Part shown: piece by piece, positions 36,250 to 45,714 of the stretch
Layout of the letters: every line of letters begins with the position of its first letter
Position numbering within the stretch: position 1 is the stretch's first letter
Source of the DNA: a virus
Lineage: Duplodnaviria; Caudoviricetes
Virus record (IMG/VR): IMGVR_UViG_3300047560_000375
Span: 1 to 52,576 of that record
Direction: 5' to 3' (one strand)
Length of the DNA: 52,576 bases
Notes under the pieces: generated by a model
The model's input: the letters and a program-made list of their open reading frames with translations, nothing else
Told to the model about the DNA's origin: nothing
Database searches by the model: none
Position numbers and translations under genes: made by a program

Positions 36250-37254
36250 TTAAGCTGTTTTATTTTGACGAGCGCGGATCATCGCTAGAATGTCTTGTGC
36301 TTTGTCGCTTGAAGGTGTTGATGTTGGTACGCTTACTTTTTCACTTGTACCTGCTGGTTCGTCACTTTCCCAAGGTGGTGTAGATTCTGCTACGGGTGCT
36401 GTTGCGGGTGCAGCCACGGTCGGTGCCGCTGTTTGTTTTTCCGCTGTTGCTCCTGCCGGTGCTTCTAGACCATATGGACGATAGTATTGACCCCAACGTT
36501 CATTATCATATGGTTGACCGTCTACAGACGCTTCAAACATTTCTTTGATAATGCGTAGTTCTGCCTCAGTTGGTTTCTTTGGTAAGAACTCTGAAAGGTT
36601 GAACAAACCATGTGCCTCGATTGCGGCTGTTTCTGCTTCAGTCAACGCACTCTCACGGCGTGACCAGTTACTTGTAGAATAATCAGCATAACCGCCTTTA
36701 CTTGTTTTCTTAACGTTAAAGTCAAGACCACGAACATAGTCAGTTGGTAGTTCTAAGATTTCAGGATCCATCAAACCAGCTTTAATGATTGGAATGATTT
36801 GTGGGCTGATGATGAATCTGCGAATTGGGTTCGCTGGTACTTTGTCATCACCAAGTGGGTTTTGACGAACAAAACCTTGGAAGATGTAAGAACGCTTCTT
36901 CCAATACTTATTAGCAAGTTCTTTCAAACTCTCGTCTTTGTACCAAGGACGAACTTCTGCCAAGACTGGACAACTATCACCATACATTTCTACGCATGGC
37001 ACTTGTACAATAACTTGTTTATGTGTTGGATCACCCTTGACACCGTTGAATGGTAGTTTGATGATTTGCTTTTCAACCCAGAAGAATTCGTTTTTACTAT
37101 CGCCATCAGGTAAGAAACGGATACTTGCTGTAGTACCTTCGTCCATGTTCCAGTGGGGATAAACTGCGTTGTCTGATTGGGCGTTAGAGCCCTTGTTGTT
37201 TGACTTGTTTTCTTGCGCTTGAATACGTGCGCGGATTTCTGCTAATGATGCCAT
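36250..37254 (-). CDS. Single-stranded DNA-binding protein (T4 gp32-like)
   Basis: IRFLP, C..MYGDSCP, YWKKRSY, DF.VKKT.KGGYADYS. Confidence 0.85.
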   Translation of the reverse strand: MASLAEIRARIQAQENKSNNKGSNAQSDNAVYPHWNMDEGTTASIRFLPDGDSKNEFFWVEKQIIKLPFNGVKGDPTHKQVIVQVPCVEMYGDSCPVLAEVRPWYKDESLKELANKYWKKRSYIFQGFVRQNPLGDDKVPANPIRRFIISPQIIPIIKAGLMDPEILELPTDYVRGLDFNVKKTSKGGYADYSTSNWSRRESALTEAETAAIEAHGLFNLSEFLPKKPTEAELRIIKEMFEASVDGQPYDNERWGQYYRPYGLEAPAGATAEKQTAAPTVAAPATAPVAESTPPWESDEPAGTSEKVSVPTSTPSSDKAQDILAMIRARQNKTA

Positions 37255-37333
37255 GATATTTTTCCTTATAAAATTGAGATGGTCTCTTTTTGTAATTGTC
37301 GATACTACCTATTAGTATCTAACATCAGAATGA

Positions 37334-37373
37334 AGTTTAGCAATTCTTCTTACTAATGTCAATAGTATTTATC
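37334..37373 (-). promoter_or_regulatory. Tandem late (GATAAATA) and sigma70 promoters for the SSB gene
   Basis: GATAAATA at 37366-37373; TTGACA-N17-TAAACT at 37362-37334. Confidence 0.7.
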
Positions 37374-37384
37374 ATGGATGTGGT

Positions 37385-37410
37385 AAACCTCACCTTTTAA
37401 GTGAGGTTTT
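37385..37410 (-). terminator. Hairpin, probable terminator
   Basis: AAACCTCAC-N7-GTGAGGTTT. Confidence 0.6.
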
Positions 37411-37418
37411 TGGGAGAA

Positions 37419-39350
37419 TTACTTTCTGATAATTCTTAGCATAGCTTCGAGGTCGTCTTGTCCTTCTGCTACAGGTTTACCCTTTGCCGTTTCTTTATCT
37501 TTTGGCATTGTTGAAGTTCCTTTGGGAGCCTTCTCACCGGTCTTTACACCAGAAGCCTTACCACCTGGGAACGCTCTCTTAACGTCATTGTTATAAGTAT
37601 CTTCAGTTGTAACCGCTTGTACATCAGTGTTGATGAAACTTTCATTAGCACCAACTAGTTTACCAATGTTGTTATTCTTAACTTTCTCAGTAGGGCCTAA
37701 TTGACCTACACGCTTTTGGTCAGCATCAAGACCTTCGTCAACTTCTTTTTCTTTTTGACGTTGTCCTAGTTCATCACCATATTGACGTACCTTTTCACGG
37801 AACTTTTTGAATACTTCGTCATCCTCTTTACCTTTAGGTGTAGATTTAACTGCATCATATTGACCCATATCTACATCTTCGTTTGATTTAGCCATTGAAG
37901 GTTTGCCGTGTTGTGCATGAGATGGAACACCTGCACGTTTTTGTAGGTCTTTTAATAAATCTTCATCGCTGCCATGACCTAATGTATCTAAAGCCTTGCC
38001 ACCTACTTTCTTTAATGCGCCACCAATCTTCTTAGCAACATCACCTAAACCTTCGTTCGATGTTTTAGCCGCATCTTTGAAATCTTGTGCTGATGGAGCA
38101 CCTTTGCTACCTGGCTTACGCATACGCTCACCAGAGCCATGCTTGATACGCTCACGCTTGGCGTGAATGTTAGCCCATAGACCTGGACGTTCTGCTTCGT
38201 CTAATTCATCACTGCCTTCAGGGATGCCACCTGGATTATTGCTTGTTAGACTTTCTTCTTCTGTTAAATCTTCTTCTGCTTGTGCGGCTTCATCTCCTAG
38301 TTCATCACCCTCGGCGCCTTCATCACTAGCTTCGCCACCATCTCCACCTTCTAATAAACTATCTGCCCATTCAGCTAATGCATCAACTTCTTTCATTTCA
38401 GCAACAGTTTTATGTAACTTAGATAAGATTGGCATTACTGATTCAATGCGTGGATCTAATGTTTCTTCTACAAACATTTCGCTTAGGTCAACTGTTTCTT
38501 CGTCTTCCATCAATGCTGGAGTCCAGTTTTCAAAATACATATTGTAACCACGCTTACCAGTCATCTTGCTCAATGATTCACGTAGTTTTTGATAGTGCTC
38601 AATTCCTGTAGCAACTAAACGTTGTGTTGATTCATTGAATTGACCATTGCGTGTAGCACGAACAAATCCTGCCATCTTGTTATATTCTTCACATAAGCCT
38701 ACAATATGATTCCATCTGTCATCATGCGGTAACCCACCTTCTGCTAAGTGACGAGCATACACACGAGCTACACCAGGACGTGTCGTTGGTGCTAAAATAC
38801 GCTCACCTTGTTCGTTTTCTAAGAAAATGCGATTTACATTGCGATAACGTTGCTCACCTTCTTCGATTTGTCGAGTGTGCTCTATAACAATCTTTACTGT
38901 GGGTACAGCATCGCTATAGCTTGCCTTTTTACCCATTGCATAGTAACCTTCTGCAATACTTTCTTTTTTCTTCATGTGTTTTCTCCGTGCCATGTCTTGT
39001 GTTAAGTGGTCTTTGTTGTTGTCTGGTTGCCAGCTAAGTTGATTTAGCATCGCCCATTGCTTTAGAAATCGTAACAAGCCAGTCCAAGTATCATCGTAAT
39101 CTAAACCTGGAGTGGGTGATGAGGGGCTTTCGGTAACATCGTCACCGTAATATACGTTTAACGCATGGTCGTTATCAACAGTTGCGTAGACAGTACCATA
39201 AGGTTCGCCGTCTTTCTTAAACGTAAATTTGAATACATCTGCTTCATCTTCAACGTCTGTCGGATTGCCGTCCACATCTAGTGGGGTAGGCTTATATTTT
39301 GACAGTATTTTGAAAAGTCTGCGATTAAGGGTTTCGGTATTAATTGACAT
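37419..39350 (-). CDS. Large late protein with a conserved-looking N-terminal half and a modular charged C-terminal half (probable head protein)
   Basis: GATAAATA 4 nt before the ATG; acidic linker; basic module GLWANIHAKRERIK. Confidence 0.6.
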   Translation of the reverse strand: MSINTETLNRRLFKILSKYKPTPLDVDGNPTDVEDEADVFKFTFKKDGEPYGTVYATVDNDHALNVYYGDDVTESPSSPTPGLDYDDTWTGLLRFLKQWAMLNQLSWQPDNNKDHLTQDMARRKHMKKKESIAEGYYAMGKKASYSDAVPTVKIVIEHTRQIEEGEQRYRNVNRIFLENEQGERILAPTTRPGVARVYARHLAEGGLPHDDRWNHIVGLCEEYNKMAGFVRATRNGQFNESTQRLVATGIEHYQKLRESLSKMTGKRGYNMYFENWTPALMEDEETVDLSEMFVEETLDPRIESVMPILSKLHKTVAEMKEVDALAEWADSLLEGGDGGEASDEGAEGDELGDEAAQAEEDLTEEESLTSNNPGGIPEGSDELDEAERPGLWANIHAKRERIKHGSGERMRKPGSKGAPSAQDFKDAAKTSNEGLGDVAKKIGGALKKVGGKALDTLGHGSDEDLLKDLQKRAGVPSHAQHGKPSMAKSNEDVDMGQYDAVKSTPKGKEDDEVFKKFREKVRQYGDELGQRQKEKEVDEGLDADQKRVGQLGPTEKVKNNNIGKLVGANESFINTDVQAVTTEDTYNNDVKRAFPGGKASGVKTGEKAPKGTSTMPKDKETAKGKPVAEGQDDLEAMLRIIRK

Positions 39351-39369
39351 CAAGTATTTATCACGTTTC

Positions 39370-40917
39370 TCAACTTATTACGGCGAAAAACGGCAGAGGA
39401 GCTACAAATTCATCATGGTCCCTGACATAATTATCCAAGTCAAAGTGATAACTACTCAATTCCTGAATCATTCTTACTGTTAGTAAACCAGCCATAACCA
39501 AGTCATCTGTTTCCCCTACTTTAGCCGCATAGCTTCCTGCACTGGCTACAAATGCTTTCAACTCAGTGATAAGACTACGACTATATATGGTCATCTTTTT
39601 AGATTCCACTAATGTTTTGAACTTAGCGCATGCGGCTAATTTAGTTTTGGGTCCAGTATTGAAACCCTTACGCTTTTTCCCCGGCTCACTGATGAATGTT
39701 CCAGGAATGTTTGTTTCGCCATACTCAGCAAGTGATACTAGTGCGGCTTCGCCTATGCTGTTGTTTTCAATCGAATAATACAAATTGTTGGGTTCAGTTG
39801 TGCATTCAGTGATGTACTTGTTTATTTGTGCAATCAATTTGATTTGAGTTGGGATATCAGTTTTGTTATGTTTCCACTCACCTACTTGTGTAGTAGTGTT
39901 TGCTTCAAATATCTGTATAGCCGCAGGGTCTCCGCCTGTACCGATGCTAGGATCTAACGCTACTGTATAGATATTGCCCCTTTCAGGTCTTTTATACCAG
40001 CGTACTTGTCCCATACGATTGATTGGTTCGATTCCTTCTAAATCAATTAGTACGGCAGGTGCAATCAACGTTTCATCAGCGATAATGAATTCACAACCAA
40101 TCTCTCGGCGGAATCTATCATCACCCAACTGAGCCTTCATTTGTTCGGCCCACTTTTCATCACGTCCAGGTTGTTCTTGCCAGAACGCACGATATGCTCT
40201 AAAGCCATTCACACCTAATTCAGTTGTGTTTCCAAACTCATCTTCTGTCTTATTAGCTTGTTTCCAAATCATAGCGAACTGATCTTCGTCACTGTTTGGT
40301 GTACTTGTGATAATCGCCTTACCACCAGTTGCCAATGTCGGTGTGATAGATGTCCAGAACTCTGTCGCAATAGAGGGTCGAACGAACGCAAATTCGTCAA
40401 GATATAATAATGTAATAGACATACCACGACCTGTGTTTTCAGTTGTAGTAGCTGATACGATACGAGATCCGTTTTCAAAATCTAACGAACCCTTGTTATA
40501 TGTTGTGACGCCTGCTTTGATATGGTCAGGACAGTTTTCGTATGCGTAACGAATACGTTGCATAATTTCCTGAGCACCTGTATACTTGTGCGCCGCAATT
40601 AGAATCGTACTGTCTGGTACAAACATCGCATACCATAATAGATAACCCGCGGCTGATGTTGATTTACCTGATTGTCTAGGCATCAAACTGATTGAGTAAC
40701 GATATTTGTGATATGTTTCAATCAATCGTTTTTGATATTCCCATGGGTGATAGTTCATTGACCCTTTAGTGGGGTGCTGAATCATAAAGAAGTTATCCAT
40801 GAAATATAGATAACCCGTGTTTGGATCGCAACACTTTACAAAGTCTTGCAATTCCTTATCTGTTTTGAAGTTTGTTTTCTGATAAGGCGTTTTAACTAAC
40901 GACGGTGTTCCACTCAT
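39370..40917 (-). CDS. Terminase large subunit (T4 gp17-like)
   Basis: PRQSGKS, LYLDEFAFV, ITSTPN, LDPSIG, ENN, DDLVMA. Confidence 0.95.
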   Translation of the reverse strand: MSGTPSLVKTPYQKTNFKTDKELQDFVKCCDPNTGYLYFMDNFFMIQHPTKGSMNYHPWEYQKRLIETYHKYRYSISLMPRQSGKSTSAAGYLLWYAMFVPDSTILIAAHKYTGAQEIMQRIRYAYENCPDHIKAGVTTYNKGSLDFENGSRIVSATTTENTGRGMSITLLYLDEFAFVRPSIATEFWTSITPTLATGGKAIITSTPNSDEDQFAMIWKQANKTEDEFGNTTELGVNGFRAYRAFWQEQPGRDEKWAEQMKAQLGDDRFRREIGCEFIIADETLIAPAVLIDLEGIEPINRMGQVRWYKRPERGNIYTVALDPSIGTGGDPAAIQIFEANTTTQVGEWKHNKTDIPTQIKLIAQINKYITECTTEPNNLYYSIENNSIGEAALVSLAEYGETNIPGTFISEPGKKRKGFNTGPKTKLAACAKFKTLVESKKMTIYSRSLITELKAFVASAGSYAAKVGETDDLVMAGLLTVRMIQELSSYHFDLDNYVRDHDEFVAPLPFFAVIS

Positions 40918-40939
40918 AAAGTTATTTATATGGGTAACA

Positions 40940-41215
40940 TCAACTAAAAGGATTTTCGCCAGTAATGTGTGGTTTAGCAAACATTACTTTAAACCATTCT
41001 TTGTCCCCTGGTCGTATGTTATGTTCACGCATGTATTCTGCTTTTCTAGTTGCGAGTGCAGAATCAGGAGTTATCGTTGTTTCTCCCGTAATCTTTCCAT
41101 TGCCACTCAAACGCTTTAGTTCTTCTAACGTCATATCTTTTTCAGGAGTAGGTTGATACTCCTTCATAGACTTGTATGCGTTTTGTAACTTAGCTTGTTT
41201 AAATGCGTCAAACAT
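40940..41215 (-). CDS. Hypothetical protein
   Basis: LEELKRLSG...NIRPGDKEWFKVMF; directly upstream of the terminase gene. Confidence 0.65.
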   Translation of the reverse strand: MFDAFKQAKLQNAYKSMKEYQPTPEKDMTLEELKRLSGNGKITGETTITPDSALATRKAEYMREHNIRPGDKEWFKVMFAKPHITGENPFS

Positions 41216-41217
41216 AA

Positions 41218-42960
41218 TTAGTCGTTGTACCAAACAATAGAAGACGTTGCCTTTTGTATCACCGCAGTAGACAATATAGCAACAGTTGCTTGACTACCCG
41301 GTGGCACCACTACACGATATTGGCTTAGGTCAAACTGTGTAACTGAGCCAGTGTTGCCCACAACAAAGGTTGCCACAGGATAATATTGATTCTGTGTTAT
41401 TGTGCCATTTTCGTAACTAACAGTTGCCGGCAATCCGTCACGTGATACGTAATCGTCAACACCTGTGGCGAGATTAACTATAGTTTCAACAAAAACATAA
41501 ATTTGACAGGGATCATTACATTGTGTTGCCACTGACAAATCTTGTAGCAACAACTCTTTTGTGTTTATTGTTCCGTTAAATGTGTATGGATTTTGTATTG
41601 ATAATATTTGATATAATGTATTTTGTGACAATGACGTTGCAGTATCAGTAACCCCAGCGGTATAATTATTACGGTTGGTAATGCCTTCTAGACCTGACAT
41701 CATACTGGCCACAGTAACCGTTACAGCAGTTGACCCACCTTGATTCAATGCTAGAATACCTACTTTGAATGCAGGATTAGTTAACAATAGGGTATCTTCT
41801 GCGTGTAGATGTTGGAATACTAATTGATATTGACCGGTAGTGGTATTTAAGATAAACAAACTTACGCCGGCCCAACTGTATTTCATTTCGTATTGATTAA
41901 ACTGTTCTGGATTGTACCACGCAGGCAAATCAAAATCAGTGCCATCATATAACCATTCATTGGTTGCGGCTGCGCCTGCTTGCACTTGTGCGATTGAGCC
42001 ACTGAATGTACCAGAGCCACTGATACTGAATGTGCCACCTAATGCACCTACCGCAGTATACAATAATTCTACTGTGTTATCACGTTGATTGGCCAACCAC
42101 AATCCACCGAATGCTGATTGCGAAATTTGTTGCGCTACTTGTCCTGTGGTTAAGCCTGCACTAATAGCAATTACATAAGCAACACCGTTAAGTGTTACAG
42201 TTACGTTCTGTGCTCCAGTGTATGATGCCACTGTGATTCTGTATATTGGTGCTCTGCCGCCGTGTACATGTAGGAAACCAAAAGTAGTATTATTATAACC
42301 AAACCAATAAGCATTTTCTTGGTTGTTTAGTCCCATACGTTGACTTGTACCTGCTGTTGGAGTGCTAAACTTACCATACCAACGGGCGATAAAACTTTGT
42401 CCAGGTTTAAATGTGTTAAAACGTTTGCTACGCAACAATCCATAACTACCTAGTGTGGATGTAGATGATACTTGATAGCAACTACCGCTAGTTGTAGTGT
42501 TGCCACCCCCGGCGGTATATGTCTGAACGTCTTTAGTGTTAATGCCGTAACGACCATCTAGTTGCACCACCGGAGTGATAGGAATTGAATATGGTTCACC
42601 AAAAAAGTCGCCGACTGATAAATCAGGAACGGTTGTTACTGTGCCTGATATGCCTACGTTACCTGCAACGTTCCATGGATCAGTGCCTTGAGCGACTGTA
42701 ATATTACCGCTTGTTACTGTGACTGCACTGTTGCCGTCAATACTGACTGGCATCCATGGAACTGTTAAGTTCCCTGAAGTTCCAATTTCTGAGATGTGAC
42801 AATCTACGTTGCCGGGAATAACAACGTTACCACTAATGATAATGTTGCCCTCAAAGCCAGTACGCACGTATACGTTGCCGGTTGCCTCATCTAATGCTAA
42901 TGCTTGGTTGATGTTGCGTAAATACCACGGTGCAACTTCTGTAGGGTCTGGTGTAGCCAT
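41218..42960 (-). CDS. Virion structural protein (beta-rich)
   Basis: 580 aa, T/G/V/S-rich; late promoter upstream. Confidence 0.6.
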   Translation of the reverse strand: MATPDPTEVAPWYLRNINQALALDEATGNVYVRTGFEGNIIISGNVVIPGNVDCHISEIGTSGNLTVPWMPVSIDGNSAVTVTSGNITVAQGTDPWNVAGNVGISGTVTTVPDLSVGDFFGEPYSIPITPVVQLDGRYGINTKDVQTYTAGGGNTTTSGSCYQVSSTSTLGSYGLLRSKRFNTFKPGQSFIARWYGKFSTPTAGTSQRMGLNNQENAYWFGYNNTTFGFLHVHGGRAPIYRITVASYTGAQNVTVTLNGVAYVIAISAGLTTGQVAQQISQSAFGGLWLANQRDNTVELLYTAVGALGGTFSISGSGTFSGSIAQVQAGAAATNEWLYDGTDFDLPAWYNPEQFNQYEMKYSWAGVSLFILNTTTGQYQLVFQHLHAEDTLLLTNPAFKVGILALNQGGSTAVTVTVASMMSGLEGITNRNNYTAGVTDTATSLSQNTLYQILSIQNPYTFNGTINTKELLLQDLSVATQCNDPCQIYVFVETIVNLATGVDDYVSRDGLPATVSYENGTITQNQYYPVATFVVGNTGSVTQFDLSQYRVVVPPGSQATVAILSTAVIQKATSSIVWYND

Positions 42961-42962
42961 AA

Positions 42963-42991
42963 AAATACTCTCTAGTTAGTGAGTATTTATC
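42963..42991 (-). promoter_or_regulatory. Late promoter overlapping an RBS-sequestering hairpin
   Basis: GATAAATA at 42984-42991; AAATACTC/GAGTATTT stem. Confidence 0.6.
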
Positions 42992-42996
42992 AAATT

Positions 42997-43662
42997 TTAT
43001 GATTCTACTATCTCAATGATGTTTTTGACCCAGAGTTCATGTAAATATTCTGTCTCTTTGGGTAGTGTTATTCCGATATTTTGTTCTAGGACTTGGTTGA
43101 TGTATTCCCAACCCTCAAGACTTACAAAATCGTCAGTGTTTACTGTGAATCCATCTGACTCTTTTAATTTCAATGATCCTACATCAGTGGGTAACATATA
43201 GTCTGTTTGAGACAATATTCCAAATTCCCCTTTGATTGCTCTTTTTCCTGCAAGACTATCGATAGACGGGACACTCATTACCAACCACTTACAATCATCT
43301 GGATTCACAAAAACATTGTCAAGGATAGATTTGTTATATGAATGAGCATGGCCCATTAAGATATTTTTCTTTTGATTGTTTATTAACTTAATTTTCTCGT
43401 CAGTAATGTATAGATGGTCTAAGTTATTAAACTGTGTGAAGTGTACTTTAGTACCGTGTATAGAAAATAATTTATCTTTGCTTTTTCTGACGCCAGTGAA
43501 CTTTTTGTACACCTTTTCATATTTTTCAGTCATGTCCTGTATGTAGTTGTTACTAGGAAACAACTGTTCAAACATCTCAGAGGTACTTAATAGGTTTGAT
43601 AAATGGTTGCCCCCGGCAGCACCGGGGAACATTATGCATAGATGTTTATACTCTGATATCAC
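42997..43662 (-). CDS. Hypothetical protein with a glycine-rich N-terminal loop (possible sulfotransferase/P-loop-like fold)
   Basis: IMFPGAAGGNHLSNLLS. Confidence 0.45.
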   Translation of the reverse strand: MISEYKHLCIMFPGAAGGNHLSNLLSTSEMFEQLFPSNNYIQDMTEKYEKVYKKFTGVRKSKDKLFSIHGTKVHFTQFNNLDHLYITDEKIKLINNQKKNILMGHAHSYNKSILDNVFVNPDDCKWLVMSVPSIDSLAGKRAIKGEFGILSQTDYMLPTDVGSLKLKESDGFTVNTDDFVSLEGWEYINQVLEQNIGITLPKETEYLHELWVKNIIEIVES

Positions 43663-44348
43663 TTAATATCTAAAGGTCTCTGCTTAGTCACGACCATGCA
43701 ATAGAACTGCTCTCTTGCGGTAAATTCTTTACCGTCATCAGTTTTCCCAGCGATATCAAATTCTAATTTCTCAAAAACATCAACATCAAATCCAGTGCGA
43801 ACCAATAATGCATGTAATTGTGTCTCACCTAGAATACTGTAATGATTGAGATTGTATTCATGTTTGCGCTCACAGTCGGGTGCAGGTACTTCAATGTACA
43901 TTTTACTACCTTGTTTCAGTATGCGATTATATTCCATCAAACTGAAGATTGGGTAAGGGCTATGCTCTAGTGCATGACGAAGGTAGATAAAATCAACTGA
44001 TTCATCATAGTAGCCATCTTTTTGTGGGATAAAGCTCAAATCATACTTTTTGATTGTATGACCTTTGTTTTCACATAGTTGCACATCGCCTGGGCTTAAT
44101 GTTACACCAACTAAATCAGTATAGCCTTTTTCTTTCATAAAGTCTAAAAAATAACCCGGGCCGCAACCCAAGTCTAAAATTTTAGCATTTTTAGGAAGAT
44201 TCAATGGCATGACATATTTTTCAGTTAAATCTCTAGTTAACTGGTCATGCATCTGGCTTGTCCCCTCATCGTAGATGTGGGCTGTGTAAAGCCATTCGTT
44301 ATAGAATTTTAATTTAATTAAGTCTAGGGTGTTGTTAATGTCAATCAT
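43659..44348 (-). CDS. Class I SAM-dependent methyltransferase
   Basis: ILDLGCGPG, DFIYLRHALEH, ILKQG. Confidence 0.9.
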   Translation of the reverse strand: MIDINNTLDLIKLKFYNEWLYTAHIYDEGTSQMHDQLTRDLTEKYVMPLNLPKNAKILDLGCGPGYFLDFMKEKGYTDLVGVTLSPGDVQLCENKGHTIKKYDLSFIPQKDGYYDESVDFIYLRHALEHSPYPIFSLMEYNRILKQGSKMYIEVPAPDCERKHEYNLNHYSILGETQLHALLVRTGFDVDVFEKLEFDIAGKTDDGKEFTAREQFYCMVVTKQRPLDIK

Positions 44349-44378
44349 AGAACTACTTATTCTATGAACACCTAGAAT

Positions 44379-44753
44379 TTATTTTTTCTTATAGCCCTTG
44401 AATGGCTTGATTGTGCTTTGTACGTTAGTTCCGGGCAATTCTTGACTTCTCAAATCGCCGTCGTTCAAGTCGTGCATTTCGCTACCAACGGCTTTGTACG
44501 CTTGTTTTAGCATTTTCTGTTCAATCTCAGTATAAGGATGCGCTGTATTATAACGTCCACTCCATGTTTCAGCATCGAGGTCAATAGGATTGATACCGTC
44601 TGCACATGCAGTTGCCATCATGATACGGTTTAGTTCATATGTACGGTCATAACCGCCCGGATCACGGAACTTGTTCATACCAACGGTAGCATTACTTTGA
44701 CGCTTTGTTGGCTTAGCAATCTTGCGCTCAGTTAGAAACTCACTAGCTCTCAT
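44379..44753 (-). CDS. Probable head-internal protein (paralog 2)
   Basis: MRASEFLTE start; STIKPFKGYKKK end. Confidence 0.6.
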   Translation of the reverse strand: MRASEFLTERKIAKPTKRQSNATVGMNKFRDPGGYDRTYELNRIMMATACADGINPIDLDAETWSGRYNTAHPYTEIEQKMLKQAYKAVGSEMHDLNDGDLRSQELPGTNVQSTIKPFKGYKKK

Positions 44754-45145
44754 TTTCTTTTGTATCCTTTAAAGGGCTTCAATGTACTAGTGTATTCAGT
44801 ATCAGTTGGTTCTTGACTATGAGAGGTGGTCAATAATTTAGCATCGCTAGATTGCAATCCCATTTCATGCAATGCATCATCCAAATAACCTTGTAACGGG
44901 TCTTTACCAGCATATGATACAATGACTAGATTTTCTCCCCACGGCGTTTCTTTAGCAAATTCAGGTACATCATCCTTATGACGCTGTTCAGCACCTTTTG
45001 CTCCGGCTAAAGCAACACCAAATCTATATTGTGTGTAAAAATCGTTATTTTTTAATTTGTCAACGACCCACGCCGCTGGCAATGTACGCTCTACTGCAGG
45101 TTGTATAGATCCAGTCGCTTCAGTGATAAATTCTTTTGCTCTCAT
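44750..45145 (-). CDS. Probable head-internal protein (paralog 1)
   Basis: MRAKEFITE start; STLKPFKGYKRK end. Confidence 0.6.
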   Translation of the reverse strand: MRAKEFITEATGSIQPAVERTLPAAWVVDKLKNNDFYTQYRFGVALAGAKGAEQRHKDDVPEFAKETPWGENLVIVSYAGKDPLQGYLDDALHEMGLQSSDAKLLTTSHSQEPTDTEYTSTLKPFKGYKRK

Positions 45146-45148
45146 ATT

Positions 45149-45673
45149 TTATTGTGTAGTTAAAGGTAATCCGCTTTCAGTACCTAATACATTTCCTGAG
45201 TCTCCCTCAAGAGCAATCATTAAACCAGGTACGTTGTTTGCAAAAGTAATTTGTGCTGAGATAAAGTGATAAAGCGTTGCGTCTACTAATGGGCTGACCA
45301 TCAATCGAACATTTCCGCTATCAACATCCATGTCATACTGAGTTACTGGATCATTGATAAACATAGTTCCATGGCCTGTCCATGCCAAACTGCTACCATC
45401 ATTTGAAATAGATGCAGTTAATGTGATGTTTTGACTATCATCTGTGTCAGTGTTATTTGAGTTAACTTGAAAGGTTGCTTGTGTGAATAAATTAGCTGGA
45501 GTCTCGAAAATTACCTGTGATGCTGTATCGTTTGTTGTGTATGCATCGTATGTGAATGTGCCGGTACTATACAGCTGGGTAAAGTTATTGTTAATCTTTG
45601 AGAATGCGGTGCGTAACGGGTCACCTTCCCCGTCGTTCGGTAATGCCCCGATATTAATAATTTCTTGTGCCAT
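45149..45673 (-). CDS. Baseplate/fibre-associated protein with a T4 gp9/gp10-like N-terminus
   Basis: INIGALPNDGEGDPLRTAFSKINNNFTQLY. Confidence 0.7.
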   Translation of the reverse strand: MAQEIINIGALPNDGEGDPLRTAFSKINNNFTQLYSTGTFTYDAYTTNDTASQVIFETPANLFTQATFQVNSNNTDTDDSQNITLTASISNDGSSLAWTGHGTMFINDPVTQYDMDVDSGNVRLMVSPLVDATLYHFISAQITFANNVPGLMIALEGDSGNVLGTESGLPLTTQ

Positions 45674-45677
45674 ATAA

Positions 45678-45714
45678 TAATTTCCTGACTATTATGTATT
45701 TATCTGGGAAATTA
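45678..45714 (-). promoter_or_regulatory. Late promoter in the loop of an RBS-sequestering hairpin
   Basis: TAATTTCC/GGAAATTA stem; GATAAATA at 45697-45704. Confidence 0.6.
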
